Position numbers and translations under genes: made by a program. The notes beneath the pieces are model-generated. The model was not told the origin of the DNA. It saw nothing but the letters and a program-made list of their open reading frames with translations, and did no database searches. A stretch of DNA of 64,000 nucleotides. Source: Patescibacteria group bacterium. Its GTDB lineage: Bacteria > Patescibacteriota > Minisyncoccia > HO2-45-28. Where the stretch lies: NCBI GenBank assembly GCA_038064075.1, contig JBBTTU010000004.1, forward strand, positions 647 to 64,646. Reading direction: 5' to 3'. Position 1 is the stretch's first letter. The number at the start of each line of letters is the position of its first letter. Of the stretch, positions 29,104 through 37,668 are shown piece after piece.

Positions 29104-30930
29104 ATGAAATTGCTTTATATCGCCAATGCCAGAATTCCGACTGAAAAAGCGCATGGACTCCAAATCATGAAAATGTGCGAGAGTTTCAGTTCGTTGGAAG
29201 CTGAAAATGAGAAATTGGAAGTTGAATTGATTTTGCCGAGAAGGATTAATCCGATTAAAATTGACCCGTTTATTTATTACGGAGTCAATAAAAGTTTCAA
29301 AATTAAATATCTGCCGGTTTTGGACTTAGTTTGTTTCGGCCGGCTCGGTTTCTGGATTGAATCGCTCTTTTTTTCGTATGCGGCGCTTTTTTACGTTCTA
29401 TTTCAAAAAGCTGAAATTATTTACGGCCGGGACGAATTGCCTCTCTATTTTTTAAGTTTTTTCTCCGCCAAAGGCGGAAAAAATATCTTTTTTGAAGCGC
29501 ATCAAGGCAGGATCAATGTTGCGGCAAGAAGACTTTTTAAAAAAGCCGGCGGGATTATAACCATCAGCCGCGGTCTTAAAGATTTTTATGTGAAGCGCGG
29601 CGCTAAGAGCGAAAAAATAATTGTTGCGCCCGATGCCGTTGATTTCGCCGTTTTTAATGTTTCTTTTTCAAAAGAAGAATGCCGCCGGAAATTAAATCTT
29701 CCGCTTGATAAAAAAATAGTTTTATATACGGGACATCTTTATAAATGGAAAGGTGCCGATACTTTGCTGAAAGCGGCGAAATTGTTCCAGATTCCAGGTT
29801 CCGGGTTTCAAGAAGCTTTATTTGTTTTTGTTGGCGGGACAGACAAAGACATATCAGTATTTAAAGAAAAAAGTTTAGAGTCCAAAAATATTTTAATCGC
29901 GGGGCACAGGCCTTATTTAGAGATTCCTTTGTGGCTTAAAGCAGTTGATATACTGGTTTTGCCGAATTCGGGAAAAGAAGAAATTTCACGCCGTTTCACT
30001 TCGCCTTTAAAACTTTTTGAATACATGGCTTCCGGCACGCCGATTGTTGCATCTGATTTACCGTCAATTCGCGAGATTTTGAACGATAATCTATGCACTT
30101 TTTTTAAGCCTGATGACCCGGCGGATCTTGCAGATAAAATAAAATTCGCAGTCGAAAATTATGAGAGTTTAAAGATAAAAGCAGATAGCGCGAGCGAGTT
30201 GGTAAAAAATTATACTTGGGATAAGCGAGCGGCAAGCATTGCTGGTTTGATTTCCGGCATTGTAAATAATTGGGTAAAAGCAGATGTCCAGACCTTTAAA
30301 TCCGATTTTTGGCCGGCATTGTTTGCGGGTTTGGGCATAGCCATTTTAAGTTTGCCGATTTTTAAAAATATTTCTGTTTTTGACGCTGTTTTTTCGGCGA
30401 GCCGCGGTTTTGCTTATGGCTTATTTGCGTTTTGGTTGGCGATTATACCGGCCGGCGCCGTCTCCGGCACTCTCTTGGCCCGGAGAATCGGCCGCAAAAA
30501 ACCGGTTATCTTTGAGCTGGCCAAGTACGGTCTGGTCGGCTGGCTTAATGTTTTTATGAATGCCGGCATTTTTAATTTTATGGCGTGGCTTACCGGAATT
30601 ACCAAAGGATTGCTTGCCGATTTTTTCCTGGTAATTTCTTTCGCGATCACGACAACCAACGCCTTTTTTTGGAATAAATTCTGGACTTTCGGCGCGTACG
30701 CGAGCAAGGATGGTAAAAGAGAATACGCCGCGTTTTTTACGGTATCCGGCCTGACTGCTCTTTTAAATACCGCCATTTTTCATTTGATAGTCAACGTTAT
30801 CGGAGCGCCGGCCGGCTTTAATGAAAAAATTTGGGCCAATATCGCCATTTTCGTTTTGATTCCGGTATCTTTATTCGGAAATTTTTTCGGTTACAAAATT
30901 TTTGTTTTTAAAAGAAAAAACAGTCTCTGA
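29104..30930 (+). CDS. GT4 glycosyltransferase fused to a C-terminal GtrA-like flippase domain
   Basis: TSPLKLFEYMASG (GT4), then TM helices with LAKYGLVG...NAFFWNKFWTF...NFFGYKIFVFK (GtrA). Confidence 0.85.
   Translation: MKLLYIANARIPTEKAHGLQIMKMCESFSSLEAENEKLEVELILPRRINPIKIDPFIYYGVNKSFKIKYLPVLDLVCFGRLGFWIESLFFSYAALFYVLFQKAEIIYGRDELPLYFLSFFSAKGGKNIFFEAHQGRINVAARRLFKKAGGIITISRGLKDFYVKRGAKSEKIIVAPDAVDFAVFNVSFSKEECRRKLNLPLDKKIVLYTGHLYKWKGADTLLKAAKLFQIPGSGFQEALFVFVGGTDKDISVFKEKSLESKNILIAGHRPYLEIPLWLKAVDILVLPNSGKEEISRRFTSPLKLFEYMASGTPIVASDLPSIREILNDNLCTFFKPDDPADLADKIKFAVENYESLKIKADSASELVKNYTWDKRAASIAGLISGIVNNWVKADVQTFKSDFWPALFAGLGIAILSLPIFKNISVFDAVFSASRGFAYGLFAFWLAIIPAGAVSGTLLARRIGRKKPVIFELAKYGLVGWLNVFMNAGIFNFMAWLTGITKGLLADFFLVISFAITTTNAFFWNKFWTFGAYASKDGKREYAAFFTVSGLTALLNTAIFHLIVNVIGAPAGFNEKIWANIAIFVLIPVSLFGNFFGYKIFVFKRKNSL
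29464..29478. repeat. 15-bp palindromic unit TCCGCCAAAGGCGGA, in frame
   Basis: Translates as SAKGG within the GT4 domain. Confidence 0.65.
29785..29812. repeat. 7-bp-period repeat (TTCCAGR-like, 4 units) within a CDS
   Basis: ttccaga ttccagg ttccggg tttcaag. Confidence 0.55.
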
Positions 30931-32373
30931 CACAATAAGTTTAAGAGTGGCGTAAGGACCGAGGCGCAAAAATTTGCCGGCAAGCATTGTAATTATTAAG
31001 TAGAGCGCGCTAAGAAAAATAATCAGGATAATGAACGTCGCGTCGGCAACGGGCTCCAGATATTTTAAGGCCGTTCGCCCGGCCGCTAAAACGATCAAAG
31101 AAGCAATTACGGGAATAAGCGGCGATTTTATGGCGTCAGTTAATTTAAAGGCGATAGTTTTGATAAGCATTATTACGGCAACAAGAGAGACAATGATGTC
31201 GGTGATTAATATGGTTATTGCGGCTCCGAGAATGCCGTAGACGGGAATTAACGCGAAAAGAAATATTGATAACGCGCTTAAGTTGATCAGCATTATCCAA
31301 AATCTGATTTTGGGTTTGCCGACCGCGTTAAAAATAGGCAGAGCGCCGGAAGAAAAAGCGCTGACGGCAAAAGACGCGCTTATAATTTTTAAAAGAGTAT
31401 TCATGCCAATCCATTTTTCTCCCAAGAAAATGAGAATTAAACGGTGGCTGGCTTCAATAAACAGAAAAGCGACTGGAACTGATAAAAAAAATAAAACATC
31501 CAAGCTTTTTACGAATCCATCCCTGATTTTTTCGTAAGAATTTTGAATTCTGGCATAAGACGGAAAAGCGACTCTGTCTATAATATTGTAAAAAGGAGCT
31601 ATTGGCACACTGGAAACGCTTTTGGCTTTTGTGAACAAACCTGTTTTTTCAGCGCCGGTCATTTTGGCAATCAAAGAGTTTTCAATTGTCGGCGCAATGC
31701 GATCCACCAGATTTTGTCCGTATATCCATTTGCTGTAATTTATCAATGAAAGAAATTTTTGGAATTGAAAGCTGAAACGCGGCCTGAATTTATGAAGAAA
31801 GTAAGTTGAGGCGGTTGATGATGCCGATTGGGCGACGACGCCCCAAAAAAGAGGCCAGAAAGATTTATAAAATACGGCCAGCGTCAGCGCGATCGCGCCA
31901 TAAGCGAGCGAACCGGCAATGTCGCGGATGAAAATCTTTTTAAAATCAATATTTTTGAAAAAAAACAGCTGAGCGGAATTGGATAATCCGCCGATTAAAA
32001 CAGCCAGGCCGCTTAAACGAACGGCCGTCATTGCTTGGCGAATATTGAAAAAGTCGGCGATTAGCGGCGCGAAAAAAAATATAATTAAAAATATCGCCAG
32101 CGCTTTTAAAACGCCGAGGGTCCACAAAGGATTTAAATACGGGATCGGGTCTTCTTTTTTCTGAATAAGCGCCGTTTCAAGTCCGGTTGTCGCGACCAAT
32201 GTCATGAAATTCGGTACAATAAAAATAATGGTAAAAAGACCGAAGTCGGCCGGAGCAAGAAACCTGGCCAAAATTAAAAAAGAAGCAAAATTTATCAGAT
32301 TTTTAAAAACGGTGTTGATAAAAGTCCACTTGCCTCCTTCTATTGATTTTTGAAGAGTGCTTATTTGTTCCAT
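30871..32373 (-). CDS. wzx: Wzx-type polysaccharide flippase (MATE/PST family)
   Basis: ILARFLAPADFG, ALIQKKE, RVAFPSYA and GEKW motifs; about 12-14 TM helices. Confidence 0.85.
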   Translation of the reverse strand: MEQISTLQKSIEGGKWTFINTVFKNLINFASFLILARFLAPADFGLFTIIFIVPNFMTLVATTGLETALIQKKEDPIPYLNPLWTLGVLKALAIFLIIFFFAPLIADFFNIRQAMTAVRLSGLAVLIGGLSNSAQLFFFKNIDFKKIFIRDIAGSLAYGAIALTLAVFYKSFWPLFWGVVAQSASSTASTYFLHKFRPRFSFQFQKFLSLINYSKWIYGQNLVDRIAPTIENSLIAKMTGAEKTGLFTKAKSVSSVPIAPFYNIIDRVAFPSYARIQNSYEKIRDGFVKSLDVLFFLSVPVAFLFIEASHRLILIFLGEKWIGMNTLLKIISASFAVSAFSSGALPIFNAVGKPKIRFWIMLINLSALSIFLFALIPVYGILGAAITILITDIIVSLVAVIMLIKTIAFKLTDAIKSPLIPVIASLIVLAAGRTALKYLEPVADATFIILIIFLSALYLIITMLAGKFLRLGPYATLKLIVSETVFSFKNKNFVTEKISE

Positions 32374-32441
32374 TGCGATTGAAGAATACGCTTATTGCAA
32401 ATATATATTCAAGGTATAAAATATAATTTATTTATAATAAC

Positions 32442-33725
32442 ATGAATTCCGTTAGAAAGTCAGCAAAACGCGGCAATATGTCTAATTATAAAAAAGGGAA
32501 TCCTGCAAAGAATTTTTCTAACGGGGTGAAATCGCCGACTCGCGAAATATGCATTATTGGAGGCGCCGGACACGTCGGCCTGCCTTTGGGGGTCGCTTTT
32601 GCTTTAAATAAAGTAAAAACGGTTCTGTTTGATATTAACAAAGAAAGCCTGAAAAAGATCAAGTCGGGAGTTTTCCCATTTAAAGAAAAAGACGGCCCTA
32701 AATATTTAAAGCAGGTTCTTAAAAAAAAGACGCTTTTTGTTTCTTGGACTCCTAAGGCAATAATGCAAAGCCGTTTCGTTTTTTTGGTTGTTGGAACGCC
32801 GATTGACGAATATCTTAATCCGCACATTAAGGGAATTTTTAAAGTTTTGGACGATTATTTTGATTATTTCCGCGACGGCCAGATTATAATTTTGCGCAGC
32901 ACTATCTATCCGAACACGTCCGAGAGAATCCAGCGGTATTTTGAGGAAAGAAAAAAGAAAATACAAGTCGCGTTTTGTCCGGAAAGAATTGTGGAAGGAA
33001 ACGCTTTGCATGAACTTCAGAATCTGCCGCAGATTATTTCCGCTTTTGATCCGGGAACGCTTGAGGCCGTAAAAAATCTTTTCGGAAAATTGACAAAAAG
33101 AAAGTTAATTCCCGTTAAGCCGATAGAGGCCGAACTGGCAAAATTATTCTGCAATGCCTGGCGATACATTCATTTCGCCATTGCCAACCAGTTTTTTATG
33201 ATTGCTTCCGACCACGGGCTGGATTATTCCAAAATTCACAGCGCGATGATTGAGGATTATGATAGGAATAAAGACATTCCCCGGCCCGGATTCGCGGCTG
33301 GGCCGTGCCTGCTGAAAGACACCATGCAGCTGGCCGCGTTCAACAATAATAATTTTTTCTTGGGGCACACCGCCATGCTTATCAACGAAGGTTTGCCCAG
33401 CCACATTATGCATAAATTGTCCCAGGAATTTCCCGACATCAAAACCAAAACTGTGGGCATACTCGGCATGGCTTTCAAAGCCGACAGCGACGATCATCGC
33501 GACAGCCTGTCGTTCAAGCTCAGAAAAATCGCCGAAACGAAATGCAAAAAAGTTTTATGCCACGACTTTCATATTAAAAGTCCGTCTTTTCATCCGCTTT
33601 CCAAAGTATTAAAACAATCCGATATTATAGTGTTGGCCGCTCCCCACAAACAATACAAAGATCTTGATATGGGCAAATACAAGGACAAAAAAATCGTGGA
33701 TATTTGGAATTTCTGGGGTTTGTAA
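32442..33725 (+). CDS. UDP-glucose/UDP-ManNAc dehydrogenase family protein
   Basis: GGAGHVGLP, LRST, CPERI, AELAKL, AGPCLLKD and GMAFKADSDDHRDS motifs. Confidence 0.9.
   Translation: MNSVRKSAKRGNMSNYKKGNPAKNFSNGVKSPTREICIIGGAGHVGLPLGVAFALNKVKTVLFDINKESLKKIKSGVFPFKEKDGPKYLKQVLKKKTLFVSWTPKAIMQSRFVFLVVGTPIDEYLNPHIKGIFKVLDDYFDYFRDGQIIILRSTIYPNTSERIQRYFEERKKKIQVAFCPERIVEGNALHELQNLPQIISAFDPGTLEAVKNLFGKLTKRKLIPVKPIEAELAKLFCNAWRYIHFAIANQFFMIASDHGLDYSKIHSAMIEDYDRNKDIPRPGFAAGPCLLKDTMQLAAFNNNNFFLGHTAMLINEGLPSHIMHKLSQEFPDIKTKTVGILGMAFKADSDDHRDSLSFKLRKIAETKCKKVLCHDFHIKSPSFHPLSKVLKQSDIIVLAAPHKQYKDLDMGKYKDKKIVDIWNFWGL
32447..32526. mobile_element. Second miniature inverted-repeat element (80 bp) with TGAA duplication, in frame at a start codon
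   Basis: TGAA-ttccgttagaaa ... tttctaacgggg-TGAA; adds 28 codons ahead of KSPTREICIIGG. Confidence 0.72.
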
Positions 33726-33752
33726 AACGGCCGACACTGGTGTCGGCCGTTT
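33725..33752. terminator. Perfect hairpin between convergent genes (probable bidirectional terminator)
   Basis: AAACGGCCGACAC-tg-GTGTCGGCCGTTT (13-bp IR). Confidence 0.7.
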
Positions 33753-33761
33753 GGCTCCGAA

Positions 33762-34478
33762 TTATTTTGGAGGAGTAAAGGGCAAAAGGCCGGCTTCTTC
33801 CCAGACTTCTTTCACCCTTTCAATGTAGTCCAGCATAAATTTCGCGTGTTTTGCGGCAAGGGCTTGCGCCTTGGGCAGGCGAATGCCGAATTTTGGATCA
33901 TTGAAATTGCCCCACTCGGCGCAATGAGACAGGTCTTTAATCACCGATCTTGGCTCTTTGAAAGTCGCGGCGGGGTCAGACAGCCAGTAAATGGGGTCAA
34001 CCGCCGGAACTTTGTGAAATTGACCCGAACGTATAATCTCGTCCGGCTCCAAATTTATCAAACGATCCGCGTCTCTTAAAGCCACCAGTACTTGACTATC
34101 ATCGGGATCATTTGGCAGACTGTGTTTAAGCACAGCGCCGATAATTATTGATCTTTCTTCTGCATGCAAATCAATTTCATCAAGCCATTTGTTGACCAAA
34201 TCCGCAATTATTTCTTCCGGAACCTCTTTTTTGCCGATTTTTAGTTCGTGTTGAAGTATTCGGTCGGCGTTATGGCAGAGTCCGGCAATTGCAGCAAGCC
34301 TGGCTGTGGCTTGGTCCTCCGCAATGTTGAAAGCATGTTGTCCGGCTCTGGCGGCATGAAAGGGGTCGTGTCCGCCGGTTGACATATTCGCCTTAACATG
34401 GCGATCATAAATTGCTTTCCAAAGCCCGGGAAAAATTTTAATGACTTTTTCGCCTCGGGCTTTCCTGTCAGAACTCAT
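33762..34478 (-). CDS. HD-domain phosphohydrolase-like protein
   Basis: GHDPFHAAR...GLCHNADR...H...DADRL. The HD dyad appears as HN. AAGGAGG SD upstream. Confidence 0.7.
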   Translation of the reverse strand: MSSDRKARGEKVIKIFPGLWKAIYDRHVKANMSTGGHDPFHAARAGQHAFNIAEDQATARLAAIAGLCHNADRILQHELKIGKKEVPEEIIADLVNKWLDEIDLHAEERSIIIGAVLKHSLPNDPDDSQVLVALRDADRLINLEPDEIIRSGQFHKVPAVDPIYWLSDPAATFKEPRSVIKDLSHCAEWGNFNDPKFGIRLPKAQALAAKHAKFMLDYIERVKEVWEEAGLLPFTPPK

Positions 34479-34531
34479 TTTGAACCCTCCTTAGTTTAAA
34501 ATTAAAAGTTCAAAGGTCAATATCCACCGAT

Positions 34532-34559
34532 ATTATATATTTAAAAATATTTTTGTCAA
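34532..34559 (-). promoter_or_regulatory. Consensus sigma70 promoter (TTGACA-16-TATAAT) for the HD gene
   Basis: Reverse complement of tgtcaa (34554-34559) and attata (34532-34537). Confidence 0.65.
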
Positions 34560-34568
34560 TTTAAGGAC

Positions 34569-35579
34569 ATGATTTTGCAAAAAAGAAAAATTTTAATCAC
34601 CGGAGGCGCCGGCTTTATCGGCTATCATCTGGCGCGGCATCTTTTGAAAGAATACGGCTCCAACGCCGGGATAATTTTAGTTGATAATTTCAGGCGCGGA
34701 AAAGCCGATAATGATCTGAAAAAACTTTTAGATGATCCGCGGGTGCGTTTTTTGGAATTGGATTTGACAAACCCTGCTTCTTACGAAAAATTAGGCGCGG
34801 GATATGATCATGTCTACCACTTGGCCGCGATCAACGGCACCAAGAATTTTTATGAAATGCCGCATGAGACTTTAAGGATTAACACTCTTTCGCTGGCGCA
34901 CATGCTGGAATGGTTCAAAGAAAAAAACCGCGCCGGCAAATTTTGTTTTACCTCGTCCAACGAGGCCTACGCCGGCGCGCTCAATGCCTTCGGCAAATTA
35001 CCGATTCCGACTCCGGAAAAAGTGCCGCTAATCGTGGAAGATACTTATAACCCAAGGTGGTCGTACGCGGCAACTAAATTAGTCGGCGAGCTTTTCGTGA
35101 TCCACTATGCCGCAAAATATAATTTTCGGGCCTTAATCGTAAGGCCGCACAATTTTTACGGGCCAAGAGCGGGCTTCGACCACGTCATCCCCGAATTTTC
35201 TATGCGTATTGCCAAGCGCATAGACCCGTTTCCGATTTATGGCGCAGACGATACCAGGACATTTTGCTATATTGACGATGCCGTCCGCGCGATGCAAATG
35301 CTTATGGATTTTTCCAAAACCGACAATCAGCCGATTGAGACGGTCCATATCGGAGATGTTCACGAAATTACAATGGAGGAACTGGCGGAGCGGATGTTTA
35401 AGGTTGCGCTCTGGAGACCTCAAAAAATAGAAATCAAATCTTCGCCGGCCGGCAGCGTTAAAAGGCGTCTGGCTGATATTTCCAAGCTTCAAAACCTGAC
35501 AGGCTGGAGGCCGCAAGTCGCCTTAGATGAAGGACTTAAAAAAACCTATGACTGGTATTTATTAAATCCCAAAGAATAA
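34569..35579 (+). CDS. NAD-dependent epimerase/dehydratase (UDP-glucuronate decarboxylase-like SDR)
   Basis: GGAGFIG, HLAAINGT, RWSYAATK, RPHNFYGP and TRTFCYIDD motifs. Confidence 0.88.
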   Translation: MILQKRKILITGGAGFIGYHLARHLLKEYGSNAGIILVDNFRRGKADNDLKKLLDDPRVRFLELDLTNPASYEKLGAGYDHVYHLAAINGTKNFYEMPHETLRINTLSLAHMLEWFKEKNRAGKFCFTSSNEAYAGALNAFGKLPIPTPEKVPLIVEDTYNPRWSYAATKLVGELFVIHYAAKYNFRALIVRPHNFYGPRAGFDHVIPEFSMRIAKRIDPFPIYGADDTRTFCYIDDAVRAMQMLMDFSKTDNQPIETVHIGDVHEITMEELAERMFKVALWRPQKIEIKSSPAGSVKRRLADISKLQNLTGWRPQVALDEGLKKTYDWYLLNPKE

Positions 35580-36656
35580 TTAATATTTTATTTTTATCTT
35601 TTTGCCTTGGCGCGCGGATTTTATAAAGGCGTCTGCAAGAACAATATTGAGCAGGCCGTCTTCAAGAGCGGCATTCGGCGTTTTTTTGCCGGAAAGTATT
35701 GAATCGCCGAAATCTTCTATTTCTTTTTGCCACAAATTTTCTTTTTTAAACGAATAAGAACGGTTTGCCGGCTTTTCCGGTTGCATTTTATAGTGCCATA
35801 CGGTTTTAAGGCGGCCGGCGCTTCTTTTTGAGCTGATTTTTTTTGTTTTTAAAATCAGGCGGCTGCTTGAATTCGGGGCCATGAAATCATAAAGTTCAAT
35901 ATTTCCTTTATCCCCGTAAATTCCAATAAAGTTTCCAAGATGCGCAATTACTTTGCTTGTCGCGATTGTCGCGAAGAAATCGCCGTAATTTATTATGCCG
36001 AGCGCAGTTAGGTCGGCTTTTTTGTTTTTATTCATCATGGCCGAAACGACTAAAGGTTTCTTATTTGTGAGAGCGTTAATTAAATCCAATAAATGCGTTC
36101 CGCGGGCCATAAACGCGCCGCCGCCCTCCTTTAAATTTTCGCGCCATTTCATGTGAGCGGGAAGGGGGAAAAATTTTGTATAGCCTATGCACCAGTGGGT
36201 TTTAATTAGCAAAATTTTTCCTATTTTTCCGGAGGCTATTATTTTTTTGGCTTTTTGTACAGCCGGATGGTGGCGCAGATGAAATCCGACCGCGAAACGG
36301 ACGTGATGTTTTTTGACGGCGCTTGCCATTGCCTGCCCGTCTTTTAGCGAGAGCGCGAGCGGCTTTTCGCAAAGAATGTGTTTTCTCGCAGAGGCCGCCA
36401 TTAAAACATGACGGACATGCTCATTATTTTTTGATGATATAAGAATCGCGTCCACTTCAGGATTTTTTAGCATGTCTTGGATTGCGCCGTAATGCGGGAA
36501 TCCGTATTTTTTTGCGAAATTCTCCGCCCGGTTTTTGTTTTTGCTTGACGCAAAATAAAGAATCCCGTTTTTGGAGCCGGCGATTGACCGCGCCATATTT
36601 TCTCCCTGCACTCCCAACCCAATAATGCCCCACCTGATTTTTTTCGCCCGGTTCAT
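35580..36656 (-). CDS. Gfo/Idh/MocA family oxidoreductase
   Basis: WGIIGLG, KHILCEKPLA and GTHLLD motifs. Confidence 0.9.
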   Translation of the reverse strand: MNRAKKIRWGIIGLGVQGENMARSIAGSKNGILYFASSKNKNRAENFAKKYGFPHYGAIQDMLKNPEVDAILISSKNNEHVRHVLMAASARKHILCEKPLALSLKDGQAMASAVKKHHVRFAVGFHLRHHPAVQKAKKIIASGKIGKILLIKTHWCIGYTKFFPLPAHMKWRENLKEGGGAFMARGTHLLDLINALTNKKPLVVSAMMNKNKKADLTALGIINYGDFFATIATSKVIAHLGNFIGIYGDKGNIELYDFMAPNSSSRLILKTKKISSKRSAGRLKTVWHYKMQPEKPANRSYSFKKENLWQKEIEDFGDSILSGKKTPNAALEDGLLNIVLADAFIKSARQGKKIKIKY

Positions 36657-36724
36657 TATTTTAAGGATAGGAATTATTGGGATATTGTCAAACAGCCGTA
36701 AATAGGGTATTTTTGGTTTAAATT

Positions 36725-37663
36725 ATGAAATCGCGGTTAATCTCGGTCATTGTTCCGTTTTTTAACGAGGAAAAGAATGTCGCCGAGCTCCATCAGCGCT
36801 TGATCGGGGTTTTTAAGAATTTGGATTATGATTTTGAAATTGTTTTTGTTGATGACGGTTCAACCGACGCGACATTTGAGGCGATGAGGAGTTTGAAACC
36901 GCTTACCGCTTTGCGCTTGCGAAAAAATTTCGGTCAAAGTCATGCTTTAGCCGCCGGCATCAGGCGTTCCCGTGGCGATACGGTGGTGACAATGGACGGC
37001 GATTTGGAAAATCATCCGGAAGACATTCCGCGGCTGATCGCCAAGATAAACGAGGGTTATGATGTTGTTTCCGGATGGCGGAAAAATCGCTGGAGCAATC
37101 AGTTGATTTTGCGCCGCATTCCGTCTCTGGCGGCCAACAAACTGATTGCTTATGTTTCCGGAGCGGCTTTGAACGATTTTGGCTGCGCCTTGAGGGCATA
37201 TCGCCGTTCGGTTATCAATCAAATACAGCTGAAAGGCGAAGAACATCGTTTGATTGCCGCCAACGCTTCTGTTTTAGGCGCTCATCTCGCCGAGATTGAA
37301 GTTCAATATTCGGCGCGAAAATCAGGCAAATCAAAATACGGTTTGATGAGAATCTTTAAGGTATTGCTTGACGTTCTGGCGCTTACTTTTTTCAACCGAT
37401 ATTCATCCCGCCCGATTCATTTTTTCGGCGGTTTTGGTTTTGCCGGCCTGTTTTTAAGTTTGGCCGCGTTTATAATTATGCTTTACTTGAGAATTTTTAT
37501 GGGCATTAGTTTTATTTTAACTCCATTGCCGACACTGGCCGCCATTTTTGCCATTATCGGCGTGCAGTTTATTTTAATGGGATTGCTGGCGGAAATTTAT
37601 ATTCGGCGCGATAAAAATACCAGCGAAAATGATTTTTTAATTAAAGAGGAAATTATTAATTGA
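36725..37663 (+). CDS. GT2 undecaprenyl-phosphate glycosyltransferase (GtrB/ArnC-like, 2 C-terminal TM helices)
   Basis: VDDGSTD, RKNFGQ, MDGDLEN, DVVSGWR and DFGC motifs. Confidence 0.9.
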   Translation: MKSRLISVIVPFFNEEKNVAELHQRLIGVFKNLDYDFEIVFVDDGSTDATFEAMRSLKPLTALRLRKNFGQSHALAAGIRRSRGDTVVTMDGDLENHPEDIPRLIAKINEGYDVVSGWRKNRWSNQLILRRIPSLAANKLIAYVSGAALNDFGCALRAYRRSVINQIQLKGEEHRLIAANASVLGAHLAEIEVQYSARKSGKSKYGLMRIFKVLLDVLALTFFNRYSSRPIHFFGGFGFAGLFLSLAAFIIMLYLRIFMGISFILTPLPTLAAIFAIIGVQFILMGLLAEIYIRRDKNTSENDFLIKEEIIN

Positions 37664-37668
37664 CAATT

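Noticed and set aside
18870-32730. A/T homopolymer runs of 8-9 nt as phase-variation tracts
   Set aside because: Such runs are common throughout these Phe/Lys-rich genes and all frames are intact.
35755-35830. Possible in-frame insertion in the Gfo/Idh/MocA C-terminus
   Set aside because: There is no clear inverted repeat or target duplication, so it cannot be supported without an alignment.
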